From an uncultured Limimaricola sp. (GTDB lineage: Bacteria; Pseudomonadota; Alphaproteobacteria; Rhodobacterales; Rhodobacteraceae): a DNA stretch of 64,000 bases. The DNA lies in NCBI RefSeq assembly GCF_964022235.1, contig NZ_CAXHZL010000006.1:65300-129299 (forward strand), written 5' to 3'. Below are positions 9,494-20,585 of the stretch, one piece after another; the first letter of the stretch is position 1, and every line of letters begins with the position of its first letter. Below the pieces are notes generated by a model that saw only the letters and a program-made list of their open reading frames with translations, was not told where the DNA came from and made no database searches. A program made the translations under genes and the position numbers.

Positions 9494-10243
9494 TCAGGCC
9501 CCCGTCTCGGTCGCGCGGGATCGCGAGACGCGGCCTTCGGCGGCGCGGCGGGCCTCGGCCTGCGCGATGGCGCGGTCGATCGGCGCGCGGTCGGTGGTGC
9601 CCGAGAAATTCTCGGCCGTGGGCATCGCGCCCGCGACATGCAAGTAGCGCTCATCCGCCACGTCGAGCAGGCGGCGCAGTTCGGCCAGCGGATCCGGGTC
9701 GTCGTCCACGCGCAGTGACAGGAAGGCATAGTCCTGCCCACGATGCACAGTGAGCCCGCCGGCCTGACGGCCCCGCTTGTCGCCGCCCGCGCGCTCGCCT
9801 GCCTCCATCGCATCGAGAAGCCGTTCGGCCATGGTGCCCTGCGACTTGATATAGGCGGCATAGGTCGCTTCCACGACCTCAGCGCCCGTCAGCATGTTGC
9901 CCGCCACCGAATGATGCGGCCCGACCAGATGCCCGGCCCAATCGATGCAGCCCGTGCCGGTATGGGCGACAAAACACCCTTGCGCATCCATCATGTGGCA
10001 CTGCCGGATGTCGCGGCCTTCGTCGCGGGCCACGAGATCGGCCAATACGTCCTCGGCGCTTTCGCCCGTGGCCAGCCGAGCGCGCCCCTCGACGCCCCAC
10101 ATCGGATTGACGAAAGCCTGCGTCGCCACGGCGCAGCGCGCCCCGACATAAGGAACAGCCGCCCCGGCGGCGAAAAAACGCGAGGCGACGGCAATGCCGA
10201 TCTCGCCGGTGTCGGGGTCATGCGCAATGATCGAATAAGTCAT
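9494..10243 (-). CDS. DUF1028-family protein (Ntn-hydrolase-like fold)
   Basis: The N-terminus MTYSIIAHDPDTGEIGIAVASRFFAAGAAVPY is typical of DUF1028. The start abuts the ggt stop. Confidence 0.75.
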   Translation of the reverse strand: MTYSIIAHDPDTGEIGIAVASRFFAAGAAVPYVGARCAVATQAFVNPMWGVEGRARLATGESAEDVLADLVARDEGRDIRQCHMMDAQGCFVAHTGTGCIDWAGHLVGPHHSVAGNMLTGAEVVEATYAAYIKSQGTMAERLLDAMEAGERAGGDKRGRQAGGLTVHRGQDYAFLSLRVDDDPDPLAELRRLLDVADERYLHVAGAMPTAENFSGTTDRAPIDRAIAQAEARRAAEGRVSRSRATETGA

Positions 10244-12028
10244 TCAGCGGCCCACCGCATAGGCCTGCATCAGCCGCGGCGTGGCGGCCGCGCGCAACAG
10301 CCCGTCCGGCTCGCGCAGCGCCGCCGTCAGGCGTCCGACGCTCCAGGGTTCGGCCACGGTCACCTTGTGGCCGCGCGCGCGCAGGGCCTCGATCACCTCC
10401 TCACCTACCGAAGGCTCGATCATCATCTCGCCGGGCTTGCATTCGCGCGGGTAGAACGAGCCTTGGAAATGCATCGAATGGAACAGCGGCGCGTCCATGC
10501 CCTCCTGCAGATCGAGCCCGTGGTGCACGAAACGCAGGAACCACACCAATTGCCACTGGTCCTGCTGATCGCCGCCGGGCGTGCCGAAGACCATCGCGCG
10601 CCCGTCCTTTTCGGCGAGGCTCGGCGTCAGCGTGGTGCGCGGGCGGCGGCCCGGAGCGAGCGAAGTGGGCAGGCCCTCGTCGAGCCAGAACATCTGGGCG
10701 CGCGAGTTCAATGGAAAGCCGAGGCCCGGGATCACGGGCGAGCTCTGCAGCCAGCCGCCCGAGGGGGTCGCCGCGACCATGTTGCCCCAGCGGTCGATCA
10801 CATCGAGATGCACAGTATCGCCGCGCTTTTCCGACAGGTGCGCCATAGTCGGCTCCTGCGGTGCGGCCTCGGGGTTGCGGTCGAAGTCGCGGGAGGCGCG
10901 CTCGATCGCGGCGTCAGCCTGATGTTCGAAACCTGGAATCCGACCGGGGCGCTGCTCCAGCGAGGCGGCGTCCGAGATCAGCTTGGCGCGCTCGGCACCA
11001 TAGGCATCCGACAGAAGAACCTCCATCGGGATGTCGGACTGTGCCGGGTCGCCGTAATAGGCCTCGCGGTCGGCATAAGCGAGCTTCATCGCCTCGATCA
11101 CCACATGCACGAATTCCGCCCCGTTGGGGTCCATCGCGGCAAGGTCGAATTTCTTCAGGATCGACAGCGCCTGCAACAGCACCGGCCCCTGCCCCCACGG
11201 CCCGGTCTTGTGGACGGTCCAGCCGTGGTAATCGATCGAGACCGGTGCCTCGTAGCTCGCCCGCCAGCCCGCCATGTCCGCCTTGGTCAGAACACCGCGG
11301 TTTTTGCGCTCGGACACGTCGTGCACCTCGGCATCCTTGAGGTAGTCGGCCACGGCGTCGGCCACGAAGCCCTCGGCCCACATCGCGCGAGCCGTATCGA
11401 TGCGCGCCTCGCGGCTTTCGCCACCGGCCTCGGACAGCCGCTCGTAGGTGTCGGCGAGGTCGGGGTTGCGAAACAGCTCATGCGCCTCGGGCGCACGGCC
11501 GCCCGGCGCCCAGACCTCGGCGGAGGTCGGCCATTCGGCCTCGAAATACTCAACCAGACCCTGCATCGTCGCCGCCACGCGCGGCAGCACCGGGTGGCCG
11601 TCGCGGGCATAATCGATGGCCGGGCGCATGACGTCGGCGATCTCCATCGTGCCGTGATCGCGCAGCATCAGCATCCAGCCGTCGAAGGCCCCGGGGATCA
11701 CCGTGGCCAGAAGCCCGGTGCCGGGGATGAGGTCGAAGCCCTGCGCCTTGTAGTGCTCGATCGTGGCCCCTGCGGGAGCCGGCCCCTGGGCGCAGATCAC
11801 CTCGACCTTGCCAGTCTTGGCGGATTTGAACACCACCGGCAGGTCGCCCGCCGGGCCGTTGAGATGCGGCTCCACCACCTGCAGCACGAGGCCGGTGGCG
11901 ACGGCGGCGTCAAAGGCGTTGCCGCCACGCTCGAGGATGCCCATGCCGACGGCGGAGGCGATCCAGTGGGTCGAGGCGACGGCCCCGAAGGTGCCGCGGA
12001 TCTCGGGGCGGGTGGTGAAAGCGGTCAT
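10244..12028 (-). CDS. ggt: Gamma-glutamyltransferase family protein
   Basis: 594 aa. GGT N-terminus (GAVASTHWIASAVGMGILERGGNAFDAAVA) and the autoprocessing/nucleophile region RGDTVHLDVIDRWGNMVAATPSGG. Confidence 0.88.
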   Translation of the reverse strand: MTAFTTRPEIRGTFGAVASTHWIASAVGMGILERGGNAFDAAVATGLVLQVVEPHLNGPAGDLPVVFKSAKTGKVEVICAQGPAPAGATIEHYKAQGFDLIPGTGLLATVIPGAFDGWMLMLRDHGTMEIADVMRPAIDYARDGHPVLPRVAATMQGLVEYFEAEWPTSAEVWAPGGRAPEAHELFRNPDLADTYERLSEAGGESREARIDTARAMWAEGFVADAVADYLKDAEVHDVSERKNRGVLTKADMAGWRASYEAPVSIDYHGWTVHKTGPWGQGPVLLQALSILKKFDLAAMDPNGAEFVHVVIEAMKLAYADREAYYGDPAQSDIPMEVLLSDAYGAERAKLISDAASLEQRPGRIPGFEHQADAAIERASRDFDRNPEAAPQEPTMAHLSEKRGDTVHLDVIDRWGNMVAATPSGGWLQSSPVIPGLGFPLNSRAQMFWLDEGLPTSLAPGRRPRTTLTPSLAEKDGRAMVFGTPGGDQQDQWQLVWFLRFVHHGLDLQEGMDAPLFHSMHFQGSFYPRECKPGEMMIEPSVGEEVIEALRARGHKVTVAEPWSVGRLTAALREPDGLLRAAATPRLMQAYAVGR

Positions 12029-12052
12029 TTGGATAACTCTCGTTCTTGGTAT

Positions 12053-12955
12053 TCAGTGTTCGCGCGGGTCGAGCGCGTCGCGCAACCCGTCGCCCAGAAG
12101 GTTGAAGCCCAGCACCACGAGGAAGATCGCGATGCCCGGCCAGAGCGCCATCCAGGGCGCCTGGCTCAGGAAGTTCTTGGCGGTGTTGAGCATCGAGCCC
12201 CAGGACGGCGCGGGTGGCTGCTGGCCGAGGCCGAGGAACGACAGCGAGGCCTCGGCGATGATCGCGGTGGCGATGGTCAGCGTCGCCTGCACCAGCACCG
12301 GGGGCAGAATGTTCGGAAAGATGTAGCGGCGCAGGATTTTTGGCGTCGACAGCCCGATCGCATGCGCGCCTTCGACGTAATCCTCGGCCTTGACCGAAAT
12401 CACCTGTCCGCGCGTCAGACGCACGAAGACCGGCGTGGCCGAGAGACCGATGGCGATCATCGCGTTGGTGAGCGACGGGCCGAGAAAGGCCGCGAGCGCG
12501 ATGGCGAGGATCAGGAACGGGACAGCGAGCAGCGCCTCGGTGCAGCGCGAGATGATGCCATCGGTCCAGCCACCGAAATAGCCCGCGAGGATCCCTAGGG
12601 GCACGCCGAAGACCACGGCGATGCCAACCGAGATGACGCCCGCCATCAGAGAGGCGCGCGCACCCCAGACAAGGCGCGACAGCACGTCGCGACCGATCTC
12701 GTCGGTGCCGAGCCAATGCGCGGCCGAGGGGCCCTTGCGCACCGCGCCCCAATCGGTGGCGGTCGGATCGGGGATCGGCAGAAGTGGCGCGAAGACGGCC
12801 ATGAGCACGAAGAACCCCACCAGCACGCCGCCGAGGACGGCGGAGTTGTGGCTGCGGAACTTCTTCCAGACGCGGTTTTCGGGACGGGCCTGAAGCACCG
12901 GGTCGGCCATGACCTGCGGCTTGAGCGTGGCGGGGGTGGCGGGCTGGGCCATCAT
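12053..12955 (-). CDS. Peptide/nickel-type ABC permease (DppC/OppC-like)
   Basis: Internal ATG at 12955 (MMAQPATPA...), ATGA overlap with the DppB-like stop. N-terminal OppC-type segment plus a BPD permease core. Confidence 0.85.
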   Translation of the reverse strand: MMAQPATPATLKPQVMADPVLQARPENRVWKKFRSHNSAVLGGVLVGFFVLMAVFAPLLPIPDPTATDWGAVRKGPSAAHWLGTDEIGRDVLSRLVWGARASLMAGVISVGIAVVFGVPLGILAGYFGGWTDGIISRCTEALLAVPFLILAIALAAFLGPSLTNAMIAIGLSATPVFVRLTRGQVISVKAEDYVEGAHAIGLSTPKILRRYIFPNILPPVLVQATLTIATAIIAEASLSFLGLGQQPPAPSWGSMLNTAKNFLSQAPWMALWPGIAIFLVVLGFNLLGDGLRDALDPREH

Positions 12956-13905
12956 TGCTTCCTCAGGCGCGGGTTCAGGACGTAATAGGCGGCGTCGGCG
13001 AGGATGTTCATGACGATGAAGCCCATCGCCGTGATCAGCACGATGCCTTGGACCACCGCGTAGTCGCGGTTGAACACGGCATCGACCACCAGCTTGCCAA
13101 AGCCCGGAATGGTGAAGATCTGCTCGGTCAGCACCGCCCCTGCGATCAGCTCTCCGAACAAGAGCGCCGTCAGCGTGACGATCGGGGTGAGCGCGTTGCG
13201 AAACGCGTGCTTGAGGATCACCCGGCGCTCGTTGAGGCCCTTGGCACGCGCGGTGCGTACATAGTCGGACTTGAGCACGCCCAGCATGGCCGATCGGGTG
13301 TGGCGCATCAGCGTCGCGGCGAGCGCCGTGCCCAGCACGAAGGCGGGCATAAGCATGGTCTTGATCGACAGCCACAGGTCATCGGAGGGCGGCACGTAGC
13401 CTGAGGCGGGCAGAAGCTGCCAGTTCACCGCGACCAGAAGGATCAGCATGATGCCGAGCCAGAAGTTCGGGATCGACAGGCCCGACAGCGCCACGACGTT
13501 GGCGATATAGTCGGTGATCGTGCCCTTCTTGACCGCCGAAAGGATGCCCGCCGGGATGCCGATCACCAGCGCGAAGACCAGCGCCATGAGCGCGAGCTGG
13601 ATCGTCACGGGAAGCTTTTGCGCGATCAGTTCCGTGACTGGCTGGTTGGTGCGCAGCGAGATCCCGAGATCGCCAGTGACCACGCCCTTGATCCAGGTGA
13701 TGTACTGCACCCAGACGGGATCGTTCATGCGGTATTTCTCGCGCAGGAATTCGATCACCTGCGGATCTCGCTCCTCTCCCGCCATGGCGAGGATCGGATC
13801 GCCCGGCAGCAGCTTCTGCAAGCCGAAGACGAAAATCGAGATGAGGATGACGGTCGGGATCGCGATGACGATCCGGCGCAGCAGAAAGGCGAGCATCAGG
13901 GGCAC
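12952..13905 (-). CDS. Peptide/nickel-type ABC permease (DppB/OppB-like)
   Basis: MPLMLAFLLRRIVIAIPTVILISIFVFGLQKLLPGDP is a classic DppB N-terminus. Confidence 0.88.
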   Translation of the reverse strand: MPLMLAFLLRRIVIAIPTVILISIFVFGLQKLLPGDPILAMAGEERDPQVIEFLREKYRMNDPVWVQYITWIKGVVTGDLGISLRTNQPVTELIAQKLPVTIQLALMALVFALVIGIPAGILSAVKKGTITDYIANVVALSGLSIPNFWLGIMLILLVAVNWQLLPASGYVPPSDDLWLSIKTMLMPAFVLGTALAATLMRHTRSAMLGVLKSDYVRTARAKGLNERRVILKHAFRNALTPIVTLTALLFGELIAGAVLTEQIFTIPGFGKLVVDAVFNRDYAVVQGIVLITAMGFIVMNILADAAYYVLNPRLRKQ

Positions 13906-13951
13906 CCGGAGGTTGGGGGCCGCGCCGCATCGGGCGGCGCGGCCGGTCGCA

Positions 13952-15463
13952 TCACTCGGACTTGCTCACGCCCTCAAAGCGGAACATGCCATCGGGATAG
14001 GCAACGAAGCCCTCGACCGCGGCGTCGAGCGCCCAGATCCAAGTCTCGTGGTAGAGATAGACGATGGGCTTGGCCTCTTCGAGGATCGCGGTCGCCGCGT
14101 CATAGCTCTCCTTGCGCGCCGCGGTGTCGGTCGTCACCCGGGCCTCGTCGAGCAGACGGTCCACCTCCGGGTCCGAGAACTTCGCGTCGTTGAGCCCGGC
14201 ATCGGTGGTCATGAACTGGTGGATGTTGCCATCCGGATCGACCCGGCCCGACCAGCCAACCTGACTTGCGGTGAAATCGCCCGCCGTCTGGTCGGACAGC
14301 ATGGTGGCGAATTCCTTGGAGGTGATCGAAATGCGGATCCCCGCCTCGGCGGCCATCGACTGGATCACCTGCATCAGTTGCAGGTTGACCGGCGCGTTGG
14401 GGGCTTGCACCTCGAGGTCGATCCCGTCGGCAAAACCTGCCTCGGCGAGCAGCGCCTTTGCCGCCTCGACATCGCGCGCAGGCACGGGGATGTTCGCGTT
14501 GTACCAAGGCGAGTTCGGCGGGAAGGCCTGGTTGCCGGCGGGGGCGGTGCCCTCAAATACCACCTGGTTGATCGCCTCGCGGTCGAGCGACAGCTCCAGC
14601 GCCCGGCGCAGCCGCGCGTCCTGACCCCAAGGGTTGTCGGCGCGCTCGCCGTTGCCGATGTTGAAGGTAATGCCCTGATAGCCCAGCGAGACCGCTTCCT
14701 CGACCTTGAGCGAGGGATCGTTGCGCACCTGTGCGACATCGGTGGCGGCCAGACGGTTGATCGCGTCGACATCGCCTGACTGCAGGTTCGCCAGACGCAC
14801 GGTGCTGTCGGGGATCGGCAGGTAGGTGACGGTGTCGAAGTTGATCTCGTCCGCGTTCCAGTACTCGGCGAACTTCGACAGGACGATCTTGTCCTGCGCC
14901 ACCCGCTCCTCGAACTTGAACGGGCCCGAACAGACTGGGTTCAGACCGAAGTCGGCGCCCGCTTCGGCGGCGGCGGTCGGCGAGACCATCATGCCCGCGC
15001 GGTCGGCGAGCTGTGCCAGAAGCGTTGCGTCGGGCTGCGTGAGGTCGATGCGGATCTCGTAGGAACCAAGTACCTCGGTGCCCGAGATCGAGGCAACCTC
15101 GGACTTGCGGCGGCTCTCCTCCATGGTCTGCGAGCGTTCGATGTTGGCGGCCACGGCCTCCGCGTCAAAGGCGGTGCCGTCGTGGAAGGTCACGCCTTCG
15201 CGCAGCTTCATGGTGAGCTGCGTGCCGTCCTCGTTCCAGCTCCATTCGGTGGCGAGCTGCGGCACGATCTCGAGATCGGGGGTGATGTCCACGAGCTTGT
15301 CGCACAGCGCGGTATAGACGATGCGGCCCACGAAGGTGCGCGACTGATCGGGGTCGAGCACGTCGGGATCGCTTTCGAGAGCGAAGCGGAAGTCTGCGGC
15401 CTGCGCCGAAAGCGCGGTGGCGCTCAAAAGCGCAGCGAGCAGCGTGGTCTTGCGGAAAGTCAT
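13952..15463 (-). CDS. ABC substrate-binding protein, family 5 (peptide/opine/nickel type)
   Basis: 503 aa, signal peptide MTFRKTTLLAALLSATALSAQA, family-5 SBP layout. Confidence 0.85.
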   Translation of the reverse strand: MTFRKTTLLAALLSATALSAQAADFRFALESDPDVLDPDQSRTFVGRIVYTALCDKLVDITPDLEIVPQLATEWSWNEDGTQLTMKLREGVTFHDGTAFDAEAVAANIERSQTMEESRRKSEVASISGTEVLGSYEIRIDLTQPDATLLAQLADRAGMMVSPTAAAEAGADFGLNPVCSGPFKFEERVAQDKIVLSKFAEYWNADEINFDTVTYLPIPDSTVRLANLQSGDVDAINRLAATDVAQVRNDPSLKVEEAVSLGYQGITFNIGNGERADNPWGQDARLRRALELSLDREAINQVVFEGTAPAGNQAFPPNSPWYNANIPVPARDVEAAKALLAEAGFADGIDLEVQAPNAPVNLQLMQVIQSMAAEAGIRISITSKEFATMLSDQTAGDFTASQVGWSGRVDPDGNIHQFMTTDAGLNDAKFSDPEVDRLLDEARVTTDTAARKESYDAATAILEEAKPIVYLYHETWIWALDAAVEGFVAYPDGMFRFEGVSKSE

Positions 15464-15483
15464 GGTTTACCTCTGTCTGTCGG

Positions 15484-16595
<1,112 letters not shown>

Positions 16596-16599
<4 letters not shown>

Positions 16600-17582
16600 G
16601 CGCTGCGCTCCAATGTCAGTTCCAACGGGGCGAAGTGGCAGGCGGCGCGGTGACGAGCGGTAACTTCGGCCAGATCGGGCCGGGTCGCGCAGACCGGCGC
16701 GGCAAAGGGGCAGCGCGATGAAAAGCGGCAGCCCTCGGGCATTTGACCGATGCTCGGCACCGACCCCGGCACCGTCGACAGGCGGCGTCTCGGCCCGGTG
16801 AGCGTCGGCACCGAGGCCATCAGCCCGATGGTGTAGGGGTGCTGCGGGTCGTTGAAGATCGCCTCCGCCGGCCCGTATTCAACCACCTGGCCCGCGTACA
16901 TCACGGCGACATCGGTCGCGATCTCCGCCACCACGCCGAGGTCATGGGTGATCATGATCGTGCCCATGCCCGTCTCGGCCTGCAGCTCGGCGATGAGATC
17001 GAGGATCTGCGCCTGCACTGTCACGTCGAGCGCGGTGGTCGGCTCGTCGGCGATCAAAAGCTCGGGGTCGTTGGCCAGCGCCATGGCGATCATCACCCTT
17101 TGGCGCATCCCGCCAGAAAGCTGGTGCGGGTATTCGTCTAGCCGCTGCTCCGGCGCGGGGATGCCGACCTTCCTCAGCATCTCGAGCGCTCGGGCGCGCG
17201 CCGCCGCACCTCCGCACCGACGGTGCCTCTCGACGGCCTCGGCGATCTGGTCGCCGATCCGAAAGGCGGGGTTGAGAGAGGTCATCGGCTCTTGGAAGAT
17301 CATCGCCATCCGGTCGCCGCGCATCTGCGCGATGCGACTGTGATCGGCGGGCGCAAAGCCTTCGCCGTCGAAGCGGATCTCGCCGCCGCCGAAGCGCACG
17401 TCGTCCTTCGGCAGGAGGCCCATCAGCGCCAGTGCCGTGACGCTTTTGCCGCAACCGCTCTCTCCGACGATGCACAGCGTCTCATTGCGGCCGACCTGGA
17501 AGGACACGTCCTGCACCACGTCCTGATCCTGCCCGCGGAAGCGGAATTGCAGGTTTCGAACCTCGAGAAGTGGCTGATCCAT
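16596..17582 (-). CDS. Peptide ABC ATP-binding protein (DppD/OppD-like)
   Basis: I prefer the ATG at 17582 (MDQPLLEVRNLQF), which has GAGGGA 11 nt upstream. The track start at 17630 is a [11 protein letters not shown] and LSGGMRQR are present. Confidence 0.85.
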
Positions 17583-17756
17583 TCGACGTGTTTCCCTCTG
17601 CGGATGGGCCAAGGGACTCGACGAGTCCAACCCATTCAGAAACCAATGTCGGATTGGTGGCAGTCATCGACCCATCTGACAACCCCGTTTTTTAACTATC
17701 TGCACGGAGGTTATCCCGGGCGAATACCCCGCAGATTTCAGAAGCAATGGAAAATT

Positions 17757-17780
17757 GGTCCGGCCCGCCAAGGCCGGGCC
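17757..17780 (-). terminator. GC-rich hairpin followed by a short U-run downstream of the amidase-operon ATPase
   Basis: Stem CCGGCC/GGCCGG (extendable to 9 bp) with a 6-nt loop. On the minus strand it is followed by ACCAAUUUUCC. Confidence 0.35.
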
Positions 17781-17843
17781 GGTGCGGGTCGCGGAGGCTG
17801 CTCCAAGCCCGAAATTTGTGCCACATGCCTGTGTGTGCGCGTC

Positions 17844-19625
17844 TCAGGGCACGACGAGATGTCCCTCGCCGATATCGACCAGTGTGGCCCTCTGGGGTGA
17901 CGCGCCTATGGGCAACACCGGGGTCGGCACGTCGCCCTGCGGACGCGTGGCCGGTGCGCGGGCGTGGGTCGGGTCCGGCACCGGCACCGCCGCGATGAGC
18001 TGTCGGGTATAGGGATGCCGCGGATCGCCGAAGACCTGCGCCCGGCTGCCCATCTCGACGACCTGCCCAAGCCGCATCACCGCGATCCGGTCGGAGACGT
18101 TCTCGACCACCGCCATGTCGTGGCTGATGAAGAGATAGGCGATGCCGAACTCGGTCTTGAGCGCTCTGAGCAGTTCCAGCACCCGCGCCTGCACGCTCAC
18201 ATCGAGCGCCGAGACGCTCTCGTCGGCGATGATCAGCTTGGGGCGCAGCGCCAGAGCGCGCGCGATGCAGATCCGCTGCCGCTGCCCACCCGAAAACTCG
18301 TGCGGATAGCGGTCGATCTGGTCGCGTTCCAACCCGACACGCTCGAACAGCGCCTCGACCTCTGCGCGGCGCTCCGCCCCGCCCCCGATCCGGTGGATCA
18401 CCAGCGGCTCGGCCACCAGGTCGCCCACCCGCATGCGCGGATCAAGCGAGGCCATCGGATCCTGGAAGATCATCTGGATTTCGCGGCGAAACGCGGCGTC
18501 GGGCCTCTGTCCGCTCTCGAGCGCCCGCCCGGCCACTTCGATCCGCCCCTCGAAGGGCACGAGACCGGTCAGCGCCTTGGCGATGGTCGACTTGCCGCAG
18601 CCGCTCTCCCCCACAAGGGAGAACGTCTCGCCCGCGCGGATATCGAAGCTGACCCCAGCCACGGCATGCACCGTGTGGGTGACCCGGTTGAGAACGCCGC
18701 CCCGGATGTCGAAGCGGACACTCAGGTCCTTGATCCGCGCGACCGTGACGGCGCCGGCGCCAGGTTCGCTGGTTGGACCCGCACCGCTCCCCATACGCGG
18801 CACTGCCGCCAGAAGCGCGCGGGTGTAGGCCTCGCGCGGAGCGGCGAAAATCTCGCGCACCGGGCCCTGTTCGACCATGCGGCCAGATTGCATGACGACG
18901 ACGCGGTCGGCCATCTCGGCCACCACGCCCATGTCGTGGGTGATGAGGATGAGCGCGGTGCCCAACTCGCGCTGCAGATCGCGCAGAAGCTCCAGAACTT
19001 CTCGCTGCACAGTGACGTCGAGCGCGGTCGTCGGCTCGTCGGCGATCAGCACATCGGGGCGCAGCGCGATCGCCATGGCGATCATCACGCGCTGACGCAT
19101 GCCGCCGGACAATTCATGCGGGTATTGCTTGAGCCGCGCCTCGGGCTGCGACATGCGCACCGCGCGCAGCGCCTCGATCGCGCGGTCGCGGACGTCACGG
19201 CGCGACAGGCTCTCGTGTGCCTCGATCGCCTCGGTGAGCTGGTGCCCGATGGTCAGCACCGGGTTCAGCGAGGTCATCGGCTCTTGAAAGATCATCGCAA
19301 CGCGGGCACCGCGCAGGCTGCGCATCCGCCGCTCGGGCAGGGTCAGCAGGTCGGTCTCGCCGAGGCGGATTTCACCCTTGGAGACATGCACCGCCGGCGG
19401 CGGCAAAAGCCCCATGATCGCCAGCGAGGTGAGCGATTTGCCCGAGCCGCTTTCGCCCGCGATGGCCAGCGTCTCGCCGCGCGCCAAGCTGAAGGACAGA
19501 TCATCCACCAGCACGCGCGGGCCCTCTTCGGTGCGCACCGAGACCTGCAGCCCCTTGACCGCGAGGACCGGCAGGGCGTCCGGGGCCTTTTCGGCCCCGG
19601 ACAGCGACGTGACGGCCGCGTTCAT
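17844..19625 (-). CDS. Fused double ABC ATPase of a peptide-type importer (GsiA-like)
   Basis: Two Walker A motifs ([16 protein letters not shown]) and two signatures ([16 protein letters not shown]). The ATG at 19625 (MNAAVTS) makes an ATGA overlap with the amidase stop. Confidence 0.88.
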   Translation of the reverse strand: MNAAVTSLSGAEKAPDALPVLAVKGLQVSVRTEEGPRVLVDDLSFSLARGETLAIAGESGSGKSLTSLAIMGLLPPPAVHVSKGEIRLGETDLLTLPERRMRSLRGARVAMIFQEPMTSLNPVLTIGHQLTEAIEAHESLSRRDVRDRAIEALRAVRMSQPEARLKQYPHELSGGMRQRVMIAMAIALRPDVLIADEPTTALDVTVQREVLELLRDLQRELGTALILITHDMGVVAEMADRVVVMQSGRMVEQGPVREIFAAPREAYTRALLAAVPRMGSGAGPTSEPGAGAVTVARIKDLSVRFDIRGGVLNRVTHTVHAVAGVSFDIRAGETFSLVGESGCGKSTIAKALTGLVPFEGRIEVAGRALESGQRPDAAFRREIQMIFQDPMASLDPRMRVGDLVAEPLVIHRIGGGAERRAEVEALFERVGLERDQIDRYPHEFSGGQRQRICIARALALRPKLIIADESVSALDVSVQARVLELLRALKTEFGIAYLFISHDMAVVENVSDRIAVMRLGQVVEMGSRAQVFGDPRHPYTRQLIAAVPVPDPTHARAPATRPQGDVPTPVLPIGASPQRATLVDIGEGHLVVP

Positions 19626-20581
19626 TCGAACACGCATCGCGGGAAGTAGAAGCCGACCACCCAGTTCGGCTGATCGACGATCTCGGAGATCCGCAGATCG
19701 CCGCAGGTCGACACCAGCATGTAGGCATCGACCGCCGCCATCTGGCGGCTGGCGCAGAGGAAATCGACCATCCCCGCCACCGCGTCGCGCGACGCCGACA
19801 TCAGATCCGGCCCGATGCCCGTCGTCACCTCGTAGCCCTTGGCGTCGAGATGCCGCGTCACCGGGCCTTGGGTGGTGAAGCGCGGGAACTTGAGATTCGC
19901 GTTCTTCACCAGGTCGAGTGTCAGAACCACATCCATCGGGCTTTCGATCGCGGTGCCGCAGACCTCGCCGTCGCCTTGCGCCGCATGGGTGTCGCCCACC
20001 GAGAACAGCGCCCCCGCCACCTCGACGGGGAGGTAGAGCACGGTGCCCGCCGCCAGATCGCGAATGTCGAGATTGCCGCCCACCCGGCGCGGCGGCACGA
20101 TGGAGTGCAGCCCCGGCTCGGCCAGCGCGTTGCCGATCGTGCCGCAGAAGGGCTTGAGCGGCACCCGGCCATGTTCGCCGAAGAGCGCGGGCTCCAGCGT
20201 CTTCGCGTCGTACTTCCAGATCGTCAGCGCCGGGTCGGTGAACTGGTCGGCCAAAAGCCCGAAGCCGGGGATGTTGGCGGTCCAGCCCCAGGCGGAGCCG
20301 CCCTCCTCGCGCGGGGCGAAGCTATCGATGGTGATCTTCAGCGCGTCGCCGGGCTCGGCCCCCTCGACATAGATCGGCCCCGAGACCGGGTTGATCTTGC
20401 CGAAATCGAGGGCCGTCACATCCTCGACCGTGCTCGAGGGCCCGAGCTGGCCCGCCGATGAATCCATGCAGTGAAAGGCGATCTGCGCGCCGGACTCCAC
20501 CCGTTCGGCGGGGGCAATTGAGTTGTCCCAGCCAAAATGGTGCTGCGCGCCGTGGATCGTGTAGTCGCAGTTCTTGCACAT
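19622..20581 (-). CDS. Acetamidase/formamidase-family amidase (FmdA_AmdA)
   Basis: 319 aa. MCKNCDYTIHGAQHHFGWDNSIAPAERVESGAQIAFHCMDSSAGQL is a typical family N-terminus. Confidence 0.8.
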   Translation of the reverse strand: MCKNCDYTIHGAQHHFGWDNSIAPAERVESGAQIAFHCMDSSAGQLGPSSTVEDVTALDFGKINPVSGPIYVEGAEPGDALKITIDSFAPREEGGSAWGWTANIPGFGLLADQFTDPALTIWKYDAKTLEPALFGEHGRVPLKPFCGTIGNALAEPGLHSIVPPRRVGGNLDIRDLAAGTVLYLPVEVAGALFSVGDTHAAQGDGEVCGTAIESPMDVVLTLDLVKNANLKFPRFTTQGPVTRHLDAKGYEVTTGIGPDLMSASRDAVAGMVDFLCASRQMAAVDAYMLVSTCGDLRISEIVDQPNWVVGFYFPRCVFE

Positions 20582-20585
20582 GGTC

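Noticed and set aside
7967-9861. Long versions of ORFs 7967..9274 (435 aa) and 8659..9861 (400 aa)
   Set aside because: The N-terminal extensions run across the neighbouring upstream genes in other frames. Internal ATGs at 8662 and 9492 give proteins of normal family length with stop-start coupling.
9743-12598. 951-aa plus-strand ORF, the longest in the track
   Set aside because: It lies antisense to the well-supported ggt, DUF1028 and dppC-like genes. Its Arg/Gly/Ala/His-rich, low-complexity translation has no recognisable domain. Long antisense ORFs are expected in very GC-rich DNA.
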